Positions 9,555 through 21,412 are shown, numbered from the stretch's first letter. The stretch is 64,000 nt of DNA from Meiothermus sp. (GCF_025060375.1 NZ_JANXCG010000062.1:30855-94854), one strand, 5' to 3'. A program made the numbers and translations. The notes: generated from the letters alone by a model not told the origin.

Positions 9555-11888
9555 ATGAGGATCGTCTGCATCGGTGGTGGCCCGGCGGGGCTTTATTTCG
9601 CCCTGCTGATGAAAAAGCAGAACCCGGCGCACGAGATCACCGTGCTCGAGCGCAACCGCCCCGACGATACCTTCGGCTGGGGGGTGGTCTTCTCTGACCA
9701 AACGCTGGGGAACCTGGAAAAGGCCGACTACCCCACCTACGACCAGATCCGGCAAGCCTTCCACCACTGGGACGACATAGAGATCCACTTCAAGGGCCAG
9801 GTCATTCGCTCCGGGGGCCACGGCTTTGTGGGTATCGGGCGGAAAAAGCTCTTGAACATCCTGCAAGACCGGTGCTTGGAGCTGGGGGTCAACCTGGTCT
9901 TCCAAACCGAGGTCACCGACGACGAGGCAGTGGCGCGGGCGTACCGGGCCGACCTGGTCATCGCCGCAGACGGCATAAACAGCCGCACCCGAAAAAAGTA
10001 CGAGGCCACCTTCAAGCCCGATGTGGACGTTCGCAAGTGCCGCTTTGTCTGGCTGGGAACCCACCAGCCGTTCCCGGCCTTTACCTTCGCCTTCGAGAAA
10101 ACCGAGTGGGGCTGGTTCCAGGCCCACGCCTACCAGTTCGACCCCGAAACCTCCACCTTCATTGTGGAAACCCCAGAAACGGTCTGGCAAAAGGCCGGGC
10201 TGGACCGGATGAGCCAGGAAGAGGGCATCGCCTTTTGCGAGAGGCTCTTCGCCAAGTACCTAGGCGGGCACAAGCTGATGTCCAACGCCCGGCACCTCAG
10301 GGGCTCGGCCATCTGGATTAGGTTCTCCCGTGTGGTCTGCGAGAGCTGGGTCCACTGGAACGGCCGGGTTCCGGTGGTGCTGATGGGCGACGCAGCCCAC
10401 ACCGCCCACTTCTCCATCGGCAGCGGCACCAAGCTTGCGCTGGAGGACGCCATCGAGCTGGCGCGCACCTTTGAGCGGATAGGCGACACCCCAGCCCAGC
10501 TGCGGGAGGTGCTGGAGGAGTACCAGCGGGTGCGGCGGGTGGAGGTGCTCAGGCTGCAAAACGCCGCGCGCAACTCCACCGAGTGGTTTGAGAACGTGGA
10601 GCGCTACAGCCATTTCGAGGCCCCGCAGTTCGCCTACAGCCTGCTTACCCGCTCGCAACGGGTCTCCCACGAAAACCTCAGGCTGCGGGACAGGAAGTAC
10701 CTGGAGGGCTACGAGGCCTGGCTGGCCGAGCGGGCTGGGCTGCCCAGAAAGCCCATCCCGCCCATGTTCCTCCCCTTCCGCCTGCGGGGGCTGGAGCTCA
10801 AGAACCGGGTGGTGGTCTCGCCCATGGCCATGTACTCGGCCAAGGACGGCCTGGTGAACGACTTCCACCTGGTCCACCTGGGGGCCAGGGCCCTGGGCGG
10901 GGCGGCTTTGGTTTTCACCGAGATGACCGCCCCCTCGCCCGACGGACGCATCACCCCGGGCTGTGCAGGGCTGTGGAGCGAGGCCCACATGCGGGCCTAC
11001 AAGCGCATCGTGGACTTTGTCCACGAGCACACCGACGCCAAGATAGCCCTCCAGCTCGGGCATGCTGGGCCCAAGGGCTCCACCCAGGTGGGCTGGGAGG
11101 CCATCGACGAGCCCCTACCCGAGGGTAACTGGCCCCTCATCGCCCCCTCCCCCATCCCCTACGGCCCCAACAACCAGGTGCCGCGCGAGATGACCCGGGA
11201 GGACATGGAGCGGGTCAAGGCCGACTTCGTACGAGCGGCTTTGTGGGCGGTTGAGGCTGGCTTCGACTGGCTCGAGCTGCACTGCGCCCACGGATACCTC
11301 CTCTCGGCTTTCATCTGCCCCCTCACCAACCACCGCACCGACGAGTATGGGGGCAGCCTGGAGAACCGCTGCCGCTACCCGCTGGAGGTCTTCAGGGCCC
11401 TGAGGGCCGTCTGGCCCGAGCACCTGCCCATGTCGGTGCGCATCTCGGCCCACGACTGGGCCCCGGGGGGCAACACCCCCGACGACGCGGTGGAGATAGC
11501 CCGCCTCTTCAAGGAAGCCGGCTGCGACCTGATCGACGTTTCCTCCGGCCAGACCACCCGGCTGGCCCGGCCCATCTACGGGCGGATGTACCAGACCCCC
11601 TTCGCCGACCGCATCCGCAACGAGGTGGGCATCGCCACCATGGCGGTGGGGGCCATCTACGAGGCCGACCACGTGAACTCCATCATCGCCGCCGGGCGGG
11701 CTGACCTGTGCGCCATCGCTCGGCCCCACCTAGCCGACCCCCACTGGACGCTGAACCAGGCTGCCCGGCTGGGCTACACCGAGGTTGGGTGGCCCAAGCA
11801 GTACCTCTCGGGCAAGGCCCAGCTCGAGCGCAACCTGGCCCGGGCCTCGCTCGAGCGGGCCGAGGAGCTGGCCATCCGCGGCGTATGA
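9555..11888 (+). CDS. Bifunctional anthraniloyl-CoA monooxygenase/reductase (salicylyl-CoA 5-hydroxylase family, AbmA-like)
   Basis: N-terminal FAD monooxygenase ([25 protein letters not shown]) fused to an OYE-like flavin oxidoreductase ([20 protein letters not shown]). Start at ATG 9555. Confidence 0.9.
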   Translation: MRIVCIGGGPAGLYFALLMKKQNPAHEITVLERNRPDDTFGWGVVFSDQTLGNLEKADYPTYDQIRQAFHHWDDIEIHFKGQVIRSGGHGFVGIGRKKLLNILQDRCLELGVNLVFQTEVTDDEAVARAYRADLVIAADGINSRTRKKYEATFKPDVDVRKCRFVWLGTHQPFPAFTFAFEKTEWGWFQAHAYQFDPETSTFIVETPETVWQKAGLDRMSQEEGIAFCERLFAKYLGGHKLMSNARHLRGSAIWIRFSRVVCESWVHWNGRVPVVLMGDAAHTAHFSIGSGTKLALEDAIELARTFERIGDTPAQLREVLEEYQRVRRVEVLRLQNAARNSTEWFENVERYSHFEAPQFAYSLLTRSQRVSHENLRLRDRKYLEGYEAWLAERAGLPRKPIPPMFLPFRLRGLELKNRVVVSPMAMYSAKDGLVNDFHLVHLGARALGGAALVFTEMTAPSPDGRITPGCAGLWSEAHMRAYKRIVDFVHEHTDAKIALQLGHAGPKGSTQVGWEAIDEPLPEGNWPLIAPSPIPYGPNNQVPREMTREDMERVKADFVRAALWAVEAGFDWLELHCAHGYLLSAFICPLTNHRTDEYGGSLENRCRYPLEVFRALRAVWPEHLPMSVRISAHDWAPGGNTPDDAVEIARLFKEAGCDLIDVSSGQTTRLARPIYGRMYQTPFADRIRNEVGIATMAVGAIYEADHVNSIIAAGRADLCAIARPHLADPHWTLNQAARLGYTEVGWPKQYLSGKAQLERNLARASLERAEELAIRGV

Positions 11889-12649
11889 GACCCCTGGAAG
11901 ACCGCCACGCCCTCATCACCGGCGCCAGCCGGGGCATCGGGGCGGCCATTGCCAGGGCCCTGGGCGAGGCCGGTGCGGCCCTGAGCCTGTTAGGCCGCGA
12001 CCAGAAGGCCCTCCTGCAGCGGGCCCGGGAGCTTGGGGGAAGGGCGCACGTGGAGGTCTGCGACGTGACCGACCCCGAGGCGGTGCACCGGGCAGTGAGG
12101 GGCGCGGAGGCAGCCTGGGGACCGGTGCACATCCTGGTCAACAACGCCGGCCAGGCCGAAAGCTGCCCCTTCCCCAAGACCGAGCTGGAGCTGTGGGAGC
12201 GGATGCTAAGGGTCAACCTGACCGGGGCCTTCCTCTGCACCCGGGCCGTCCTGCCGGGAATGCTCCAGGCCGGCTGGGGACGCATCGTGAACGTGGCCAG
12301 CACCGCTGGGCTGAAGGGCTACCCTTACGTCGCCGCGTACGTGGCGGCTAAGCACGGCCTGGTGGGCCTGACCCGGGCTCTAGCGCTGGAGCTGGCCCAA
12401 AAGAACATCACCGTCAACGCGGTCTGCCCTGGCTTCACTGAGACTGGGCTGCTGGAGGACAGCATAGCCCGCATCGTGGAGAAGACCGGCCGCAGCCCGG
12501 GCGAGGCTCGGGAAGAGCTGGTCCGGGCCAACCCCCAGGGCCGCTTCGTGAGGCCCGAAGAGGTAGCCCAGGCCGTGCTGTGGCTGGCGCTGCCCGGCTC
12601 AGCAGCCGTCAACGGGCAGGCCATTGCGGTAGCAGGAGGGGAAGTCTAG
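11885..12649 (+). CDS. SDR oxidoreductase (3-hydroxyacyl-CoA dehydrogenase-like)
   Basis: [12 protein letters not shown] and YVAAK motifs. ATGA overlap with the upstream stop fixes the start. Confidence 0.92.
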   Translation: MRPLEDRHALITGASRGIGAAIARALGEAGAALSLLGRDQKALLQRARELGGRAHVEVCDVTDPEAVHRAVRGAEAAWGPVHILVNNAGQAESCPFPKTELELWERMLRVNLTGAFLCTRAVLPGMLQAGWGRIVNVASTAGLKGYPYVAAYVAAKHGLVGLTRALALELAQKNITVNAVCPGFTETGLLEDSIARIVEKTGRSPGEAREELVRANPQGRFVRPEEVAQAVLWLALPGSAAVNGQAIAVAGGEV

Positions 12650-13135
12650 ATGACCACGCTGGAGAAGGACCTGGAGACCCGCCTGGCCGAAGACCACCAC
12701 CAGGCCATCAAGCTCTGGTTACGGATGCTGACCTGCACCAACCTCATCACCGGAAAGATCCGGGGCCGGTTGCGCGAGAACTTCGCAACCACCCTACCCC
12801 GCTTTGACCTGCTGGCCCAGCTCGAGCGCCACCCCGAGGGGCTTCGGATGGGGGAGCTCTCCCAGCGCATGATGGTCACCACCGGAAACGTTACCGGGAT
12901 TGCCGACCAGCTCGAGGCTGAAGGGCTGGTGCGGCGCGAGGCCGACCCCAAGGACCGCCGCTCGGTGGTGCTGCGGCTTACCCCTAAGGGGCAGGCCGTC
13001 TTCAGCGCAATGGCCAAAGTCCACGAGGGCTGGGTCATCGAGTTCTTCGAGGGACTCTCCACGGAAGAAAAGGAGACCCTCTACGCCCTTTTGGGCAAAC
13101 TCAAGCGCCACCTAAACGGGAGGAGGAGCCCATGA
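12650..13135 (+). CDS. MarR-family transcriptional regulator
   Basis: [37 protein letters not shown]. Confidence 0.92.
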   Translation: MTTLEKDLETRLAEDHHQAIKLWLRMLTCTNLITGKIRGRLRENFATTLPRFDLLAQLERHPEGLRMGELSQRMMVTTGNVTGIADQLEAEGLVRREADPKDRRSVVLRLTPKGQAVFSAMAKVHEGWVIEFFEGLSTEEKETLYALLGKLKRHLNGRRSP

Positions 13136-13962
13136 AGCGGCCCGACGGCAGCATCGCCCTGGCCGACTACCAGGCCCAGCACTTCCTCTGGCAGGTAGAG
13201 GACCGGGTAGCCACCCTGACCCTAAACCGCCCGGAGCGGAAGAACCCCCTCACCTTTGAGTCCTACGCCGAGCTGCGCGACCTATTCCGGGCCCTCCCCT
13301 ACGCCACAGACGTGCGGGCGGTGGTGCTCACCGGAGCCCAGGGAAACTTCTCCTCTGGGGGTGATGTGTACGAGATCATCGGCCCCCTGACCCAGATGAA
13401 GACCCCGGAGCTGCTGGCCTTTACCCGCATGACCGGGGATGTGGTCAAGGCCATGCGGAACTGCCCGCAGCCCATTGTAAGCGCGGTGGACGGGGTGTGC
13501 GCCGGGGCCGGGGCGATTTTGGCCATGGCCTCAGACCTCCGCTTCGGCACCGCCCGCAGCAGGACCGCCTTCCTCTTCGCACGGGTGGGGCTGGCCGGAT
13601 GCGACATGGGGGCCTGCGCCATGCTACCCCGCATCATCGGGCAGGGCCGGGCCGCCGAACTCCTGTACACGGGCCGGAGCATGAGCGGCGAGGAGGGGCT
13701 GGCCTGGGGCTTCTTCAACCGGCTTTGCGAGCCCGAGACCCTGCTGGAGGAGGCCCAGGCCTTCGCCCGGGAGCTGGCCACCGGCCCCACCTTCGCCCAC
13801 GCCATGACCAAGCGAATGCTCCACCAGGAGTGGAGCATGGGGCTGGACGAAGCTATAGAGGCCGAAGCTCAGGCCCAGGCCCTGTGCATGGCTACCCAGG
13901 ACTTCCGCCGGGCCTACGAGGCCTTCGTGGCCAGGGAGAAGCCGGTATTCCAGGGGGACTAG
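13132..13962 (+). CDS. Enoyl-CoA hydratase/isomerase family
   Basis: [26 protein letters not shown] and LLYTGR crotonase motifs. Confidence 0.92.
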   Translation: MKRPDGSIALADYQAQHFLWQVEDRVATLTLNRPERKNPLTFESYAELRDLFRALPYATDVRAVVLTGAQGNFSSGGDVYEIIGPLTQMKTPELLAFTRMTGDVVKAMRNCPQPIVSAVDGVCAGAGAILAMASDLRFGTARSRTAFLFARVGLAGCDMGACAMLPRIIGQGRAAELLYTGRSMSGEEGLAWGFFNRLCEPETLLEEAQAFARELATGPTFAHAMTKRMLHQEWSMGLDEAIEAEAQAQALCMATQDFRRAYEAFVAREKPVFQGD

Positions 13963-15144
13963 ATGAACCGCGCGCACCTCGAGTGGCCCTTCTTTGAGCC
14001 AGAGCACCGCCGGCTGGCCCAGGAGGTCTGGGCCTGGGCCCGAAAAAACCTAGGGGAACACCCCGAGACCGACGTGGACCGCACCTGCCAGCGCCTGGTG
14101 CGGGCTTTGGGGGAGGCTGGCTTCATCCGCTATGCGGTAGGGGGTCAGGCCTACGGCGGGGCCAAGGAGACCATTGACACCCGTGCGGTCTGCCTCATCC
14201 GCGAGGCCCTGGCCTACCACCACGGCCTAGCCGACTTCGCCTTTGCCATGCAGGGGCTGGGCTCAGGGGCCATCACCCTCTGCGGCAACGAGGCGCAAAG
14301 GGCTCGCTACCTGCCCAAGGTAGCCCAGGGCCAGGCCATCGCGGCTTTTGCCCTATCCGAACCCCAGGCCGGCTCGGATGTGGGGGGCCTGTCCACCCTG
14401 GCTCAGCAGGAGGGCGGGACCTACGTGCTGAACGGCGAGAAAACCTGGATATCCAACGGGGGCATCGCCGACTTCTACGTGGTCTTTGCCCGCGCCCCAG
14501 GAAGCCAGGGGTCCAAGGGAATAAGCGCCTTTGTGGTGGACGCGGACACCCCGGGCCTCGAGGTAGCCGAGCGGCTCGAGGTGATGGCCCCCCACCCCCT
14601 GGCCACCCTGCGCTTCCGGGACTGCCGCATACCCCGGGCCCAACGCCTGGGCGAGGAAGGGGAAGGCTTCAAAATCGCTATGCAGACCCTGGACATCTTC
14701 CGCACCTCGGTGGCCGCGGCGGCTTTGGGCTTCGCCCGGCGGGCGCTGGACGAGGCCCTGGCCCGCGCCACCACCCGCCGGATGTTCGGCCAGACCCTGG
14801 CCGAATTCCAGCTCACCCAAGCCAAGCTGGCCCAGATGGCCGTCCAGATTGACACCGCAGCCCTCCTCACCTACCGGGCAGCCTGGCTGCGCGACCAGGG
14901 CAGGCGGGTAACCCTGGAAGCGGCTATGGCCAAACTCACCGCCACCGAACACGCTCAGCAGGTGATTGACGCCGCGGTGCAGCTGTGGGGCGGTCTGGGG
15001 GTGAAAAAGGGACAGGTGGTGGAGTCGCTTTACCGCGAAATCCGAGCCCTGCGCATCTACGAGGGGGCCAGCGAGGTGCAGCAGCTCATCATCGCCCGCG
15101 AACTGCTAAAAGCCTACCAAAAGCCGGAGGAGGTTTCGGTATGA
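13963..15144 (+). CDS. Acyl-CoA dehydrogenase
   Basis: [29 protein letters not shown] and [10 protein letters not shown]. Confidence 0.94.
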   Translation: MNRAHLEWPFFEPEHRRLAQEVWAWARKNLGEHPETDVDRTCQRLVRALGEAGFIRYAVGGQAYGGAKETIDTRAVCLIREALAYHHGLADFAFAMQGLGSGAITLCGNEAQRARYLPKVAQGQAIAAFALSEPQAGSDVGGLSTLAQQEGGTYVLNGEKTWISNGGIADFYVVFARAPGSQGSKGISAFVVDADTPGLEVAERLEVMAPHPLATLRFRDCRIPRAQRLGEEGEGFKIAMQTLDIFRTSVAAAALGFARRALDEALARATTRRMFGQTLAEFQLTQAKLAQMAVQIDTAALLTYRAAWLRDQGRRVTLEAAMAKLTATEHAQQVIDAAVQLWGGLGVKKGQVVESLYREIRALRIYEGASEVQQLIIARELLKAYQKPEEVSV

Positions 15145-15175
15145 GGCCAAAGCGACCAACCAAAGGAGGGCCGGT

Positions 15176-16795
15176 ATGGGCCACACCGCCCATGTAGACA
15201 CCTTTGCTCGGGACAACCTGCCGCCCAGGTCCGAGTGGCCCGAGCTCATCTTCAAGCTACCTGAGCTGGCCTACCCCGAGCGGCTCAACGCCGCCACCGA
15301 GCTGCTCGACCGGATGGCCGAGCGGCACCCCGAGCGCACCTGCCTGCTGGCCCCGGGGATCCGCTGGAGCTACCGGGAGCTTCTGGAAAAGGCCAACCGC
15401 ATCGCCCATGTGCTGGTGGAGGATATGGGTCTGGTGCCGGGCAACCGGGTGCTCTTGCGGGCCCCCAACCACCCCATGCTGGTGGCCGCCTGGTTCGCGG
15501 TGCTGAAAGCTGGGGGCATCGCCGTCACCACCATGCCCCTGCTGCGGAGCAAGGAGCTCACCGAGGTGATCACCAAAGCCCAGGTCAGCCACGCCCTGTG
15601 CGACGCTCGCCTGGGGGAAGAGCTGGAGAACGCTCGAGCGGCCTGCCCCAGCCTGCAGCAGGTGCTCTACTGGGGCGAAGGGGGCGGCCTGGAGGGGCGG
15701 ATGGAGGGCAAGCCCACGGGGTTCCAAAACCTAGACACAGCCAGCGACGACGTGGCCCTCATCGCCTTTACCTCAGGCACCACCGGCAAGCCCAAGGGCT
15801 GCGTGCACTTCCACCGCGACCTGCTGGCGGTTTGCGACACCTTCGGCAAGCACATCCTTAGGGCCTCCCCCGAGGACACCTTCATCGGAAGCCCGCCCTT
15901 GGCGTTTACCTATGGGCTTGGGGGGCTGGTGCTCTTTCCCATGCGCATCGGGGCCAAAAGCGTGCTGTTGGAGCGGGCCAGCCCGGAACTGCTGCTCCCG
16001 GCCATTGCGGAGTTCAGGGCCAGCGTCCTCTTCACCTCCCCCACCGCCTACCGGGCCATGGCCGCCCAGGCCCGGGGACACGAGCTCTCCTCGCTTAGGA
16101 AGTGCGTCTCGGCCGGGGAGTTTCTACCCCCCTCCACCCGCAAGCTCTGGAAAGAGGCCACCGGAATCGAGATGATAGACGGCATCGGGGCCACCGAGAT
16201 GCTGCACATCTTCATCTCCCACACCGAGGAGGAGGCCAAACCGGGGGCCACTGGAAAGCCCGTGCCCGGCTATGAGGCCCGCGTGGTGGACGAGGAAGGC
16301 AACCCGCTTCCTCCCGGGGTGGTGGGGCGGCTGGCGGTGCGGGGGCCCACCGGCTGCCGCTACCTGGATGACCCCCGCCAGCGCAACTACGTGCAGAAGG
16401 GCTGGAACATCACCGGAGACGCCTATTTGGTGGATGAGGAGGGCTACTTCGTCTACCAGGCTCGTACCGACGACATGATCATCTCGGCAGGCTACAACAT
16501 CGCCGCACCGGAGGTGGAGGACGCCCTCCTGCTGCACCCAGCCGTAGCGGAGTGCGCGGTGGTGGGGGCCCCCGACCCCGAGCGGGGCCAGATTGTGAAG
16601 GCCTACGTGGTGCTGCGGCCTGGCTTTGCCCCCTCGAGCGAGCTCTCAAAGGAACTACAAGACTTTGTCAAACAGCAAATCGCTCCCTACAAGTACCCCC
16701 GGGCCATCGAATTCCGCGAGAGCCTGCCCCGCACCCAGACCGGTAAGCTACAGCGGTACATCCTGCGGCAGGAGGCCCAGCAGGTGAAAGGCTGA
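15176..16795 (+). CDS. 2-aminobenzoate(anthranilate)-CoA ligase, benzoate-CoA ligase family
   Basis: AFTSGTTGKPKG, GIGATE, TGDAY and PRTQTGKLQR motifs, plus cluster context. Confidence 0.85.
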   Translation: MGHTAHVDTFARDNLPPRSEWPELIFKLPELAYPERLNAATELLDRMAERHPERTCLLAPGIRWSYRELLEKANRIAHVLVEDMGLVPGNRVLLRAPNHPMLVAAWFAVLKAGGIAVTTMPLLRSKELTEVITKAQVSHALCDARLGEELENARAACPSLQQVLYWGEGGGLEGRMEGKPTGFQNLDTASDDVALIAFTSGTTGKPKGCVHFHRDLLAVCDTFGKHILRASPEDTFIGSPPLAFTYGLGGLVLFPMRIGAKSVLLERASPELLLPAIAEFRASVLFTSPTAYRAMAAQARGHELSSLRKCVSAGEFLPPSTRKLWKEATGIEMIDGIGATEMLHIFISHTEEEAKPGATGKPVPGYEARVVDEEGNPLPPGVVGRLAVRGPTGCRYLDDPRQRNYVQKGWNITGDAYLVDEEGYFVYQARTDDMIISAGYNIAAPEVEDALLLHPAVAECAVVGAPDPERGQIVKAYVVLRPGFAPSSELSKELQDFVKQQIAPYKYPRAIEFRESLPRTQTGKLQRYILRQEAQQVKG

Positions 16796-16797
16796 AG

Positions 16798-17205
16798 ATG
16801 GCGACCAGGGACATCCAGATTCTACAACCCCCCGGCTGGCCCAAGCCCAAAGGCTACGCCAACGGCATAGCGGCGCGAGGACGGCTGGTCTTCATCGCGG
16901 GCATGGTCGGCTGGAACCGGGAAGGGGTTTTTGAGAGCGACGAATTCGTGGCCCAAGCCTACCAGGCCCTGAAAAATGTCCTGGAAACCCTGGCTGAGGC
17001 CGGTGGCCGGCCCGAACACCTGGTGCGGCTCACCTGGTTCGTGACCAGCAAGGCGGAGTACCTGGCCTCGCTGGAGGCCCTGGGCGAAGCCTATCGGGCC
17101 CTGATGGGCCGCCACTACCCCGCCATGACCGTGGTGGAGGTGAAGGCCCTCTTGGAGGACCGGGCCAAGGTGGAGATTGAGGCCACCGCGGTTATCCCGG
17201 AGTGA
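16798..17205 (+). CDS. RidA/YjgF-family protein
   Basis: LVFIAGMVGW, LAEAGG, YPAMTVVEV..L and KVEIEATA. Confidence 0.9.
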   Translation: MATRDIQILQPPGWPKPKGYANGIAARGRLVFIAGMVGWNREGVFESDEFVAQAYQALKNVLETLAEAGGRPEHLVRLTWFVTSKAEYLASLEALGEAYRALMGRHYPAMTVVEVKALLEDRAKVEIEATAVIPE

Positions 17206-17214
17206 GGAGGTCCT

Positions 17215-18444
17215 GTGGTTCCCGCCGAGATACAGGCCCTTGACCGGGCCGACCCCCTGGCCGCCAAGCGGGAAGCCTTTGTGATTCCCGAAGGGCTGAT
17301 CTATCTGGACGGCAACTCCCTGGGGCCCCTGCCCAAGCGGGTGGCGGAGCGGATGCGGGAGGTGGTGGAGGGGCAGTGGGGGCAGGACCTGATCCGGAGC
17401 TGGAACCTGCACGGCTGGATTGGCCTGCCGCAGAGGCTCGGGGCCCGAATCGCCCGGCTCATAGGGGCCGAGGCAGACGAGGTGGTGGTGGCCGACTCCA
17501 CCTCGGTCAACCTCTTCAAGGTGCTTCTGGCCGCACTGGAGCTGCGCCCCGGCCGCAGGGTCATCCTATCCGAGGTGGACAACTTCCCCACCGACCTTTA
17601 CATCGCCCAGGGCCTGCGGGAGCTTCGGGAAGGCTGCGAGCTGCGCTTTGTGCCGAGGGAGGAAATTGAAGCCGCCCTGGACGAGGAGACCGCGGTGCTC
17701 CTGCTCACCGAGGTGGACTACCGCACCGGATACCGCCACGACATGGCCCACCTGACCCGGCTGGCTCAGGCCAGAGGGGCGCTGGTGGTCTGGGACCTGG
17801 CCCACAGCGCGGGGGCCTTCCCGGTACACCTGAACGCCTGCGGGGTGGACTTCGCGGTGGGCTGCGGCTACAAGTACCTGAACGGAGGTCCAGGAGCGCC
17901 CGCCTTTCTCTACGTGGCGCGGCGCCACCAGAAGTCCCTCAAACCCTTCCTGACCGGCTGGATGGGCCACCAAGACCCCTTTGCCTTCAGCGTCACCTAC
18001 ACCCCAGCAGAGGGCCTGCGCCGGATGACCGTGGGCACCCCACCTATCCTCTCCATGAGCGCGCTGGAAGCAGCTTTGGAGGTGTGGGAAGGGGTAGAGA
18101 TGGCGCAGGTACGGGAAAAATCGCTCAGGCTTACCGACTTGTTCATAGAGCGGATGGCCCCCCTGGCGGCCCGCTACGGCCTCGAGCTGGCCACCCCCCT
18201 CGAGCACGCCCGCCGGGGCAGCCAGGTGGCCTACCGCCACCCCGAGGGCTACGCCATCGTGCAGGCCCTTATCGCCCAGGGGGTGGTGGGCGACTTCCGC
18301 CACCCAAACATCCTGCGCTTCGGCTTTGGACCTCTCTACCTGCGCTACGCCGACGTGTACGAGGCGGTGGAGCGGTTCGAGCGGGTGATGGCGCAGGGGC
18401 TCTGGCAGGACCCCCGCTACCGGGAGAAAGCCCAGGTGACCTGA
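17215..18444 (+). CDS. kynU: Kynureninase
   Basis: YLDGNSLG, DSTSVNLFK, WDLAHSAG and GCGYKYLNGGPG (PLP lysine). Confidence 0.95.
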   Translation: MVPAEIQALDRADPLAAKREAFVIPEGLIYLDGNSLGPLPKRVAERMREVVEGQWGQDLIRSWNLHGWIGLPQRLGARIARLIGAEADEVVVADSTSVNLFKVLLAALELRPGRRVILSEVDNFPTDLYIAQGLRELREGCELRFVPREEIEAALDEETAVLLLTEVDYRTGYRHDMAHLTRLAQARGALVVWDLAHSAGAFPVHLNACGVDFAVGCGYKYLNGGPGAPAFLYVARRHQKSLKPFLTGWMGHQDPFAFSVTYTPAEGLRRMTVGTPPILSMSALEAALEVWEGVEMAQVREKSLRLTDLFIERMAPLAARYGLELATPLEHARRGSQVAYRHPEGYAIVQALIAQGVVGDFRHPNILRFGFGPLYLRYADVYEAVERFERVMAQGLWQDPRYREKAQVT

Positions 18445-19268
18445 TGAAGGACACGACCTACCGGACCGCCCACACCGACTTTAGCCGGGAGCTTTCCTAC
18501 GGCGACTACCTTCGGCTGGACGCACTCCTAGAGGCCCAGCAACCCCTGACCAAGGCCCACGACGAGGTGCTCTTCATCGTGGTGCACCAGGTGCAGGAAC
18601 TCTGGATGAAGCTCATCATCCACGAGCTCACCTCGGCGATGGCCTTGCTGGAGGAAGGCGTGGTGGACCCAGCCTTGAAGATGCTCAGCCGGGTCTGCCG
18701 GGCCCAGGAGCAGATGAGCCAAAGCTGGGAGGTGCTGACCACCATGACCCCGGCGGACTACCTGGAGTTCCGCTGGGCCTTCGGCAAAGCCTCGGGGTTT
18801 CAGTCCTATCAGTATCGGCTGATTGAATTCCTCCTTGGCAACAAGCAACCCTTCATGATGCGCCCCCACCGCCACCGGCCCGAGTACGGGAGGCTCGAGC
18901 GGGCCCTGCACAGCCCCAGCCTCTACGACCTCTCCTTGCGGCTCCTCCACAGACGGGGCCTAAGCATCCCCTCGGAGGTGCTGGCGCGCGACTTCGCCCA
19001 GCCCTACCAGCCCCACCCGGCGGTAGCGGAAGCCTGGCTGGCGGTCTACCGCCAAACCGAGCGCTACTGGGAGCTGTACTACCTGGCCGAGAAGCTGGTG
19101 GATGTGGAGGAGAATTTCCGCCGCTGGCGCTTCAACCACCTGACCACCGTGGAGCGCACCATCGGCCACAAACAGGGCACCGGGGGTACCGCCGGCGTCC
19201 CCTATCTGAGGCGGGCCTTGGAGGTCGTGCTCTTCCCCGAGCTCTGGCAGGTGCGGACACTCCTTTAG
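18444..19268 (+). CDS. kynA: Tryptophan 2,3-dioxygenase
   Basis: SYGDYLRLD, HDEVLFIVVHQ, ASGFQSYQYR and KQGTGGTAG. TGATG overlap fixes the start at 18444, not 18084. Confidence 0.96.
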   Translation: MKDTTYRTAHTDFSRELSYGDYLRLDALLEAQQPLTKAHDEVLFIVVHQVQELWMKLIIHELTSAMALLEEGVVDPALKMLSRVCRAQEQMSQSWEVLTTMTPADYLEFRWAFGKASGFQSYQYRLIEFLLGNKQPFMMRPHRHRPEYGRLERALHSPSLYDLSLRLLHRRGLSIPSEVLARDFAQPYQPHPAVAEAWLAVYRQTERYWELYYLAEKLVDVEENFRRWRFNHLTTVERTIGHKQGTGGTAGVPYLRRALEVVLFPELWQVRTLL

Positions 19269-19312
19269 ATGAGGAAAACCCTTATGATGCAGCGAAAACC
19301 GGAGGAGGAAAG

Positions 19313-20479
19313 ATGAAAAAGGCAATCTGGCTGTTAGTCCTTCTGGCCCTCGGCTTCTCGGCATCGCTGGCCCAAACCCGCACGGTCAAGGTCGGCTTCG
19401 TGAGCACCCTCTCAGGTGGAGGGGCTGCTTTGGGCATTGACGTTCGGGACGGTTTCAACCTGGCCATAAGGCTCCTTGGCAACCAGCTCGGGGGGCTGCC
19501 GGTGGAGGTGCTGGTGGCCGACGACCAGCAGAACCCCGACGTAGCCCGCCAGGCGGTGGACCGGATGCTCAAGCGCGACCGGGTGGACTTCATGACCGGT
19601 ATCATCTTCTCCAACGTCCTCCTGGCCGTGGGCGAGGCCATCTTCGAGGAAAAGGTTTTCTACATCAGCCCCAACGCCGGCCCCTCAGAGTACGCCGGGG
19701 AGCAGTGCAGCCCCTACTTCATCAACGTGGCTTGGCAGAACGACAACCTGCACGAGGCGATGGGCCAGTACGTGCAGACCCGCCGCTTCGAGAACGCCTT
19801 CCTGCTGGCCCCCAACTACCCCGCCGGACGCGACGCCCTCACCGGCTTCAAGCGCTTCTTCAAGGGCAAGGTGGTGGCCGAGGTCTACCACCGCTTGGGC
19901 CAGCTCGATTTCTCCGCTGAGATCGCCCAGATCCGCGCGGTGCGGCCCAAGGCGGTCTATGCCTTTGAGCCCGGAGCCATGGGGGTCAACTTCATCAAGC
20001 AGTACGCCGAGGCCGGCCTCTTGCGCGAGATACCCCTCTTCCTACCGGGCTTCTCCGCTGATGCGGACGTAATCCGCGCGGTGGGGCGGGCCATGGTAGG
20101 CATCTACAACAGCTCGCAGTGGGCACTTGAGCTCAACAACCCGGTCAACCAGCGCTTCGTAGAGGAGTTCCGCAAGGCCTATGGCCGCATCCCCACGCTC
20201 TACGCCTCGCAGGGCTACGACGCGGCCCTGCTCCTGGACACCGCCATCAAGGCGGTGGGGGGCGACCTGAGCAAGAAGGATGAGCTGCGCAAGGCCATGC
20301 TGGCCGGATTCAACAGCACCCGCGGGTTCATCCGCTTCAGCCCCAACGGCTACCCCATCCAGAACTACTACCTGCGGCAGGTGATCCAGCAGCCCGGTGG
20401 CGAGATCGTGAACCGGCTGGTGGGAACCATCTTCACCAACCACCGCGACGCCTACGTGGATAGGTGCAAGCTCCGCTAG
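19313..20479 (+). CDS. ABC transporter substrate-binding protein (HAAT/branched-chain type, aromatic-acid subgroup)
   Basis: Signal peptide, VKVGFVSTLSG, DDQQNPD and QGYDAA. Confidence 0.88.
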   Translation: MKKAIWLLVLLALGFSASLAQTRTVKVGFVSTLSGGGAALGIDVRDGFNLAIRLLGNQLGGLPVEVLVADDQQNPDVARQAVDRMLKRDRVDFMTGIIFSNVLLAVGEAIFEEKVFYISPNAGPSEYAGEQCSPYFINVAWQNDNLHEAMGQYVQTRRFENAFLLAPNYPAGRDALTGFKRFFKGKVVAEVYHRLGQLDFSAEIAQIRAVRPKAVYAFEPGAMGVNFIKQYAEAGLLREIPLFLPGFSADADVIRAVGRAMVGIYNSSQWALELNNPVNQRFVEEFRKAYGRIPTLYASQGYDAALLLDTAIKAVGGDLSKKDELRKAMLAGFNSTRGFIRFSPNGYPIQNYYLRQVIQQPGGEIVNRLVGTIFTNHRDAYVDRCKLR

Positions 20480-20481
20480 GT

Positions 20482-21402
20482 ATGCCCCCCTCACTCCTAA
20501 TAGAGCAGCTCCTGAATGGCCTTCAGTTTGGCCTGATGCTCTTCCTGCTGGCCGCTGGCCTCACCCTGGTCTTCGGCATCATGGACATGATCAACCTCGC
20601 CCACGGCTCGCTCTACATGATTGGGGCCTACCTGACCGCAACCTTCGTGGGCCTGCTGGGCAACTTCTGGCTAGCGGTACTCCTGGCGGTCCTGGGCACC
20701 GCCCTTGTCGGGATGCTTTTGGAGCTCAGCGTACTGCGCCAGCTCTACCGGCGCGACCACCTTTCGCAGGTGCTGGCCACCTTCGCGCTCATTCTCATCA
20801 TCAACGAGGTGGTGCGCATCATCTGGGGCTCCCAACCCCTTCTGCTCTCCGCCCCCGAGGGGCTTTCAGGACCGGTGGAGCTCCTGCCGGGGCTGAGCTA
20901 CTCGGCCTACCGGCTCACCATCATCGGGGTGGGGCTTTTGGTGGCGGCGCTCCTCTTCTGGCTGGTCAACCGCACCCGGGTCGGGATGTGGCTCCGGGCC
21001 GGGGCTTCCAACCGCGAGATGGCCCAGGCCATGGGGGTGCCCATCCGCCCCCTCTTCACCCTGCTCTTCGGGGTGGGTGCGGGGCTGTGCGCCGTCGCCG
21101 GGGCCTTCTTGGGGCCCATCCTGGCGGTGCAGATTGGGATGGGCGAGGGCATCCTGATCCTGGCCTTTGTGGTCATCGTGATCGGCGGGATTGGCTCCAT
21201 CAAGGGAGCCCTGGTGGGGGCCCTGCTGGTGGGCACCGTGGACACCGCGGGGCGGGCCTTCCTACCCCTCCTGCTCTCGCAGGTGGCCTCCCCCGAGGTG
21301 GCGGCCAACCTCGGGCCGGCCCTGGCCTCCATCCTGATCTACCTCCTGATGGCGGCGGTGCTCTTCTTCAGACCCCAGGGGCTCTTCCCGGCCCGCACCT
21401 AG
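20482..21402 (+). CDS. LivH-like ABC permease
   Basis: LNGLQFG..AAGLTLVFGIMDMINLAHG and VIGGIGS. Confidence 0.9.
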   Translation: MPPSLLIEQLLNGLQFGLMLFLLAAGLTLVFGIMDMINLAHGSLYMIGAYLTATFVGLLGNFWLAVLLAVLGTALVGMLLELSVLRQLYRRDHLSQVLATFALILIINEVVRIIWGSQPLLLSAPEGLSGPVELLPGLSYSAYRLTIIGVGLLVAALLFWLVNRTRVGMWLRAGASNREMAQAMGVPIRPLFTLLFGVGAGLCAVAGAFLGPILAVQIGMGEGILILAFVVIVIGGIGSIKGALVGALLVGTVDTAGRAFLPLLLSQVASPEVAANLGPALASILIYLLMAAVLFFRPQGLFPART

Positions 21403-21412
21403 GAGGAGCCCG

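Noticed and set aside
18084-18443. Long N-terminal extension on kynA; similar extensions on the SDR (11708), livG (22168), FAH (33872), paaK (48086), ALDH (54795) and the IclR fusion (29334)
   Set aside because: They overlap neighbouring genes or promoters. Downstream starts have an RBS or ATGA/TGATG coupling and match the family N-termini.
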